Shown one piece after another: positions 60,401-64,000 of a DNA stretch of 64,000 nt; within the stretch, counting starts at the first letter, position 1, and the number at the start of each line of letters is the position of its first letter. The translations under genes were made by a program, and so were the position numbers. The stretch is from an uncultured Hyphomicrobiales bacterium (lineage in GTDB: Bacteria; Bacteroidota; Ignavibacteria; Kapaibacteriales; UBA2268), in NCBI GenBank assembly GCA_964454975.1, contig CAYVVD010000008.1:52915-116914 (forward strand). Direction: 5' to 3'. The notes under the pieces were generated by a model. That model ran no database searches. It saw only the letters and a list, made by a program, of their open reading frames with translations, and was not told the DNA's origin.

Positions 60401-61060
60401 ATGGTTATGAAAAAACCGGAAATTGAAGCTCAAATATTTAACCTTTATGCTGCATTATTTTGTGAACCTCAACAGGAACGTGATGATAATCTGCTAATAT
60501 TGGAGACTCTTGAATCTTTGCAATGTGAATTAAGTATGCGGTTCAGGGAGTTTACTAGCCTTAAAGAAACGTTTTTACAATTCGATCTCCAAAGTTTATT
60601 GATTGATTACACACGCATATTCATCGGGCCTTTTCACGTTGTAGCTTATCCATATAGTTCGACATACTTTTCTGAAGGGGTTAATACACTTTACAATGAA
60701 ACCACAGCATGGGTAGAGCAATTCTATAGAACCTGTGGTTTATCTTTTCAAAACACTGTGAAAGATATGCCTGATCATATTGCCGTAGAATTGGAATTTC
60801 TGTATACGATTAAGTACAATACAAACAATTTATTAAGAGAAGGGAATAAAGAACGTGGTGAGCTCTTGAGAAGAAAGTATTCTGAATTTATTAACAGTCA
60901 TTTTGGCATCTGGGCGCCCAGGTTATGTGACATGGTGGTAAGTGGAGCAAATGACACATATTATGCAGAGCTTTGCAGATGGCTTAATGGTTTTATCAGG
61001 TATTATTTAATGCCAACGATCAATACTTCGAAAACCATTGATGGATCTTGTGTTGGCTAG
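60401..61060 (+). CDS. TorD/DmsD-family redox-enzyme maturation chaperone
   Basis: 219-aa ORF with TorD-family motifs (YAALFCEPQQ, LIDYTRIFIGP, MPDHIAVELEFL). Confidence 0.78.
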   Translation: MVMKKPEIEAQIFNLYAALFCEPQQERDDNLLILETLESLQCELSMRFREFTSLKETFLQFDLQSLLIDYTRIFIGPFHVVAYPYSSTYFSEGVNTLYNETTAWVEQFYRTCGLSFQNTVKDMPDHIAVELEFLYTIKYNTNNLLREGNKERGELLRRKYSEFINSHFGIWAPRLCDMVVSGANDTYYAELCRWLNGFIRYYLMPTINTSKTIDGSCVG

Positions 61061-61277
61061 AGCGAAGATTTTTCTTTGTTATTAGTTGAAAAGTGAGTTA
61101 ATTAGAAAAGCTCCGAGCTGCCTTGCCTTTTTAGAGTAATGCAGCCTATGGGACAGGCTGGAAACAGCTTGTCCTCCCGATTCCCGCTTATGATAGTCGG
61201 GATGAATTGGAAAGGAGCAGATATTTTTTATATAAAAGTGCTTCATTTGTTTTTAACAAGTGTTGATGCTATATATT

Positions 61278-61318
61278 ATTGTGCCACTCGGCCTGAATAT
61301 ATTCATTAGTGGCACAAT
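61278..61318. promoter_or_regulatory. 11-bp perfect inverted repeat ATTGTGCCACT-N19-AGTGGCACAAT, upstream of the tauE-mobAB-moeA genes
   Basis: Read directly from the sequence. The half-site resembles a TGGCAC-type element. A protein-binding operator is plausible. Confidence 0.4.
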
Positions 61319-61388
61319 TACCGAGCGGGCAATGTCCGTTAATGTATAAATATCTGTCTTCTTTAATGTTACAATAAAAAATTGAAAG

Positions 61389-62117
61389 ATGACAGATATT
61401 TTATTTTTAGCCGGAATATTCATTATTGCCATCCTCTATTCTTCGGTAGGGCATGGGGGTGCCAGTGGTTACCTTGCATTTATGGCCTTACTGTCCTTTA
61501 GTCCTGACATTATGCGGCCAGCAGCACTGATACTTAATATTTTAGTATCAGCAATTGCTTTATTCTTGTATGCGAAAAACACACATTTTAAGTTTAAACT
61601 TTTTTGGCCATTTGCCCTGACTGCTATGCCCATGGCTTTTATGGGTGGCTTAATCTCAATAAATCAGGGGCCATATAAATTTATACTTGGTTTTTTCTTG
61701 CTCTTTGCCTCCGTAAGAATGATTTATAAATTCAAAACAAAAAGCATTAACCAAAAAAAATTAAACGTGCCAATAGCTTTATTTCTAGGGGCATGCCTTG
61801 GGTTTTTCAGCGGTATGATTGGCATTGGCGGAGGAATAATATTAAGCCCTGTAATCCTTTTGTTACATTGGGCCGACGCAAAAAAAACAGCAGCTGTTTC
61901 AGCAGCGTTTATACTTGCTAATTCCATGGCAGGGCTAACCGGTTTCCTTGTCAGGAATTCAATGCCCGATATGGAAATAGCCTATGTGATACTGGCCGGT
62001 GTTGTCGGAGGTTTTGTTGGTTCTTATTTAGGCAGTTTCCGGATAAAAGAACTGTACTTGCGTTATTCACTTGCCGTGGTTCTGGTATTTGCAGGCATAA
62101 AACTGATGTTGTTATGA
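61389..62117 (+). CDS. TauE/SafE (TSUP) family anion exporter/permease
   Basis: 242-aa ORF with two TSUP 4-TM repeats (GxGGG motifs). Confidence 0.8.
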   Translation: MTDILFLAGIFIIAILYSSVGHGGASGYLAFMALLSFSPDIMRPAALILNILVSAIALFLYAKNTHFKFKLFWPFALTAMPMAFMGGLISINQGPYKFILGFFLLFASVRMIYKFKTKSINQKKLNVPIALFLGACLGFFSGMIGIGGGIILSPVILLLHWADAKKTAAVSAAFILANSMAGLTGFLVRNSMPDMEIAYVILAGVVGGFVGSYLGSFRIKELYLRYSLAVVLVFAGIKLMLL

Positions 62118-63220
62118 GTAAAATTTCGGGCATACTGTTGGCTGGAGGAAGAAGTACTCGTATGGGCACGGACAAAGCCTTTATCCGGTTTCTTGGAAAA
62201 AAACTAATAGAACACAACCTGAGTTTACTGAATGCATTGTGCCAGGAAGTGCTGATAAGTGCGAACCAGACTGTTTATGAAAGATTCGGCATACCGGTAA
62301 TAAATGATAAATTTGAAGATGCAGGGCCTATTGGCGGTATACATGCCTGCCTGGAGAAAGCATCGTTTCAGTACAGCCTCATCTTATCCTGCGATTTACC
62401 TTTTTTGAACCAAAGTTTGCTGTATGGTTTGCTAATCCATATTCACGAGGGGTATGATATAATTGCGTATCAATATAATAATCTGGTTGAACCGCTTTTT
62501 GCCTGTTACTCAAAAAATGTAATACCTAAAATCGAAGAAAACATAGAACAAAAAGATTTTAAACTACAGAACCTATTTAAACAACTCAGGGTTAAGCTGC
62601 TTCCATTACACAACAAGCTGTTTTCGGCGAACCTGAATTCTGTTTCCGACATGCGTGCTTTTCAAAACCAGTTTCGCTGGAAGTTGCCCAATATGATAAT
62701 AGTTTCCGGTGACGGTAGAAATGTGGGCAAAACCTTTTTTACCTGCTCGGCAATAAAACACTTTTCAAGACAACAGCAGGTTTTGGCCGTGAAAACATCC
62801 TCGCATTTTCATGAGACTTTCCGTAAAGAGCAAGTAATTAATGAAGGCGCTGATTATAAAATCATACAAGAAACCAGCATAAATCAAAAAGACAGTTCAC
62901 GAATGCTTCAAGCCGGGGCGCATGAATCCTTTTTCATAATGGCTGACAAAAACGGCCTGTCCGAGTCATTTGAACAACTGGTACCATTGTTTAAAGATAA
63001 AATTATCATAGCCGAATCGGGCGGTTTATGTGATTTTGTCCTTCCCGGTTTCTTTTTCTTTATAAAACCGGATAAACTGCTAATTCAAAAGAAAAGTTAT
63101 TTAAAATACCAGCCCATTATGGTTAACAACAGTTCAAAAGGTTTTGATTTCAATGTAGAAACCCTTGATTTTAGGGATAATCATGTAATAATTAAAGAGT
63201 TGCACAATGGAAGCATTTGA
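62114..63220 (+). CDS. mobA: Molybdenum cofactor guanylyltransferase MobA fused to a MobB-like P-loop domain
   Basis: The N-terminus carries LLAGGRSTRMG...DK and a DLPF-containing MobA fold. The C-terminus has a P-loop, SGDGRNVGKT. The gene overlaps the tauE stop by 4 nt. Confidence 0.78.
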   Translation: MSKISGILLAGGRSTRMGTDKAFIRFLGKKLIEHNLSLLNALCQEVLISANQTVYERFGIPVINDKFEDAGPIGGIHACLEKASFQYSLILSCDLPFLNQSLLYGLLIHIHEGYDIIAYQYNNLVEPLFACYSKNVIPKIEENIEQKDFKLQNLFKQLRVKLLPLHNKLFSANLNSVSDMRAFQNQFRWKLPNMIIVSGDGRNVGKTFFTCSAIKHFSRQQQVLAVKTSSHFHETFRKEQVINEGADYKIIQETSINQKDSSRMLQAGAHESFFIMADKNGLSESFEQLVPLFKDKIIIAESGGLCDFVLPGFFFFIKPDKLLIQKKSYLKYQPIMVNNSSKGFDFNVETLDFRDNHVIIKELHNGSI

Positions 63221-64000
63221 AAAAATACAACAAATAATCAGCCATACTAAATCTTCGCACACAGTTGAGGAAAAAACTTTAAAGGATATTACCGGCCATG
63301 TGCTTCAACAAGATATTGTCTCTGATATGGATATGCCCCCGTTCGACAAATCAGCCATGGATGGCTATGCATGCTGTAAACAGGATATAGCGAATCCTCT
63401 TAAATTAATAGAAGTGATAGCAGCAGGAAGTGTTCCCGTAAATGAGATAAAAGAAAACCAGTGCTCTAAGATTATGACCGGAGCCAAAGTACCAATCGGG
63501 GCCGATTGTGTTTTTATGGTGGAAGATGCTGAAAAAATCGATGAAAATACCGTTCGTTGCATCAACCTAAAAACCAAAACCAACATTTGTTACCGGGGCG
63601 AAGATTGCAAAAACGGCGATATTTTGCTGCAAAAAGGCCGGATTATAAAATCCGAACATTTGCCAATTATGGCATCGGCAGGATACACCCGGGTAAAAGT
63701 AAGTCGAATGCCGACCATTGGATTGATTGTTACAGGCTCCGAACTGGTTGAACCGGATCAAAAGCCCGACAATGGGAAAATACGCAATTCCAATGCGATT
63801 CAAATATCAGCATTATGCAAAAAAATGAACCTTGAAGTTAAATATTACGGAATAGTTGTTGACGATATCAAGCAACTGAGTACGGTGTTTAATATGGCAA
63901 TGAATGAAACCGATGTGATCATGATTACCGGGGGGGCATCTATGGGCGATTATGACCTTGTACCGGAATTGTTGTCAGTTTCGGGGTTTGAAATAATTTG
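63207..64000 (+). CDS. moeA: Molybdopterin molybdenumtransferase MoeA (5' part; the gene runs off the window)
   Basis: My own translation from the ATG at 63207 stays open to the window end. It contains the MoeA hallmark PPFDKSAMDGYA and MTGAKVP. Confidence 0.8.
   Translation, partial: MEAFEKIQQIISHTKSSHTVEEKTLKDITGHVLQQDIVSDMDMPPFDKSAMDGYACCKQDIANPLKLIEVIAAGSVPVNEIKENQCSKIMTGAKVPIGADCVFMVEDAEKIDENTVRCINLKTKTNICYRGEDCKNGDILLQKGRIIKSEHLPIMASAGYTRVKVSRMPTIGLIVTGSELVEPDQKPDNGKIRNSNAIQISALCKKMNLEVKYYGIVVDDIKQLSTVFNMAMNETDVIMITGGASMGDYDLVPELLSVSGFEII

Noticed and set aside
61300-61330. TGGCAC-like half-site in the inverted repeat, considered as a second sigma54 promoter for tauE
   Set aside because: No correctly spaced GC (-12) element follows it (TGGCACAATTACCGAGC places CG/GA at the critical positions).
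1-64000. Looked for CRISPR arrays, tRNA/rRNA genes, and IS elements, transposases or integrases
   Set aside because: No tandem direct repeats with a regular spacer structure. No tRNA-like T-arm/acceptor signatures noticed. No transposase, integrase or recombinase ORFs, and no terminal inverted repeats bracketing genes.

Overview
This is a gene-dense, low-GC bacterial chromosomal window with about 60 protein-coding genes. I found no rRNA, tRNA, CRISPR arrays or transposase/integrase genes. Two proteins carry canonical type IX secretion (T9SS) C-terminal sorting domains, with a 'PNP' motif and a GxYxxxV/K-rich tail. That points to an FCB-group (Bacteroidota/Ignavibacteriota-like) organism.

**Housekeeping genes:** dut-purE, OsmC, lepA-lepB, an acyl-CoA dehydrogenase, dapA, a long-form PiT phosphate transporter, hemW, ftsL-ftsI, polA, glnA, tyrS, alr, and a split rarA.

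**Accessory regions worth a second look:**
- **49.0-64.0 kb:** a sigma54-controlled molybdopterin (bis-MGD) oxidoreductase locus.
  - It starts with a periplasmic-binding-protein-like sensor, a histidine kinase and an NtrC-type sigma54 activator.
  - A -24/-12 promoter and a 17-bp palindrome follow.
  - Next come a heme lipoprotein, a PSCyt-like protein, a DUF5777-like beta-barrel, YceI, an OB-fold protein, a Tat-signal catalytic subunit, a 4x[4Fe-4S] electron-transfer subunit, a TorD chaperone, TauE, a MobA-MobB fusion and MoeA.
  - The Fe-S subunit ends in a T9SS C-terminal domain. That is a very unusual combination: Tat-exported cofactor enzyme plus T9SS sorting signal. It suggests a cell-surface or extracellular respiratory oxidoreductase.
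- **24.5-32.3 kb:** a tightly packed sugar-modification operon. It holds a NeuB-like synthase, an SDR, a class-III aminotransferase, a split transketolase, a CMP-sugar-type cytidylyltransferase and a PseG/SpsG-like GT-B protein. This does not match canonical nonulosonic-acid pathways.
- **4.6-7.1 kb:** a translationally coupled radical-SAM, FAD-oxidoreductase and isochorismatase-like trio.
- **Two disrupted genes:**
  - A T9SS cargo gene is broken by an in-frame TAA after its signal peptide and by a frameshift at an A7 tract.
  - rarA is split by a 1-nt insertion in the Walker B codons.
- **Other items:** a tandem pair of paralogous small secreted proteins; a 697-aa lipoprotein with a C39-like cysteine-peptidase core; an orphan ftsL-ftsI pair; and a structured GC-rich element between the oxidoreductase operon and the Mo-cofactor genes.

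I counted coordinates of non-ORF features by hand, so they may be off by 1-2 nt.
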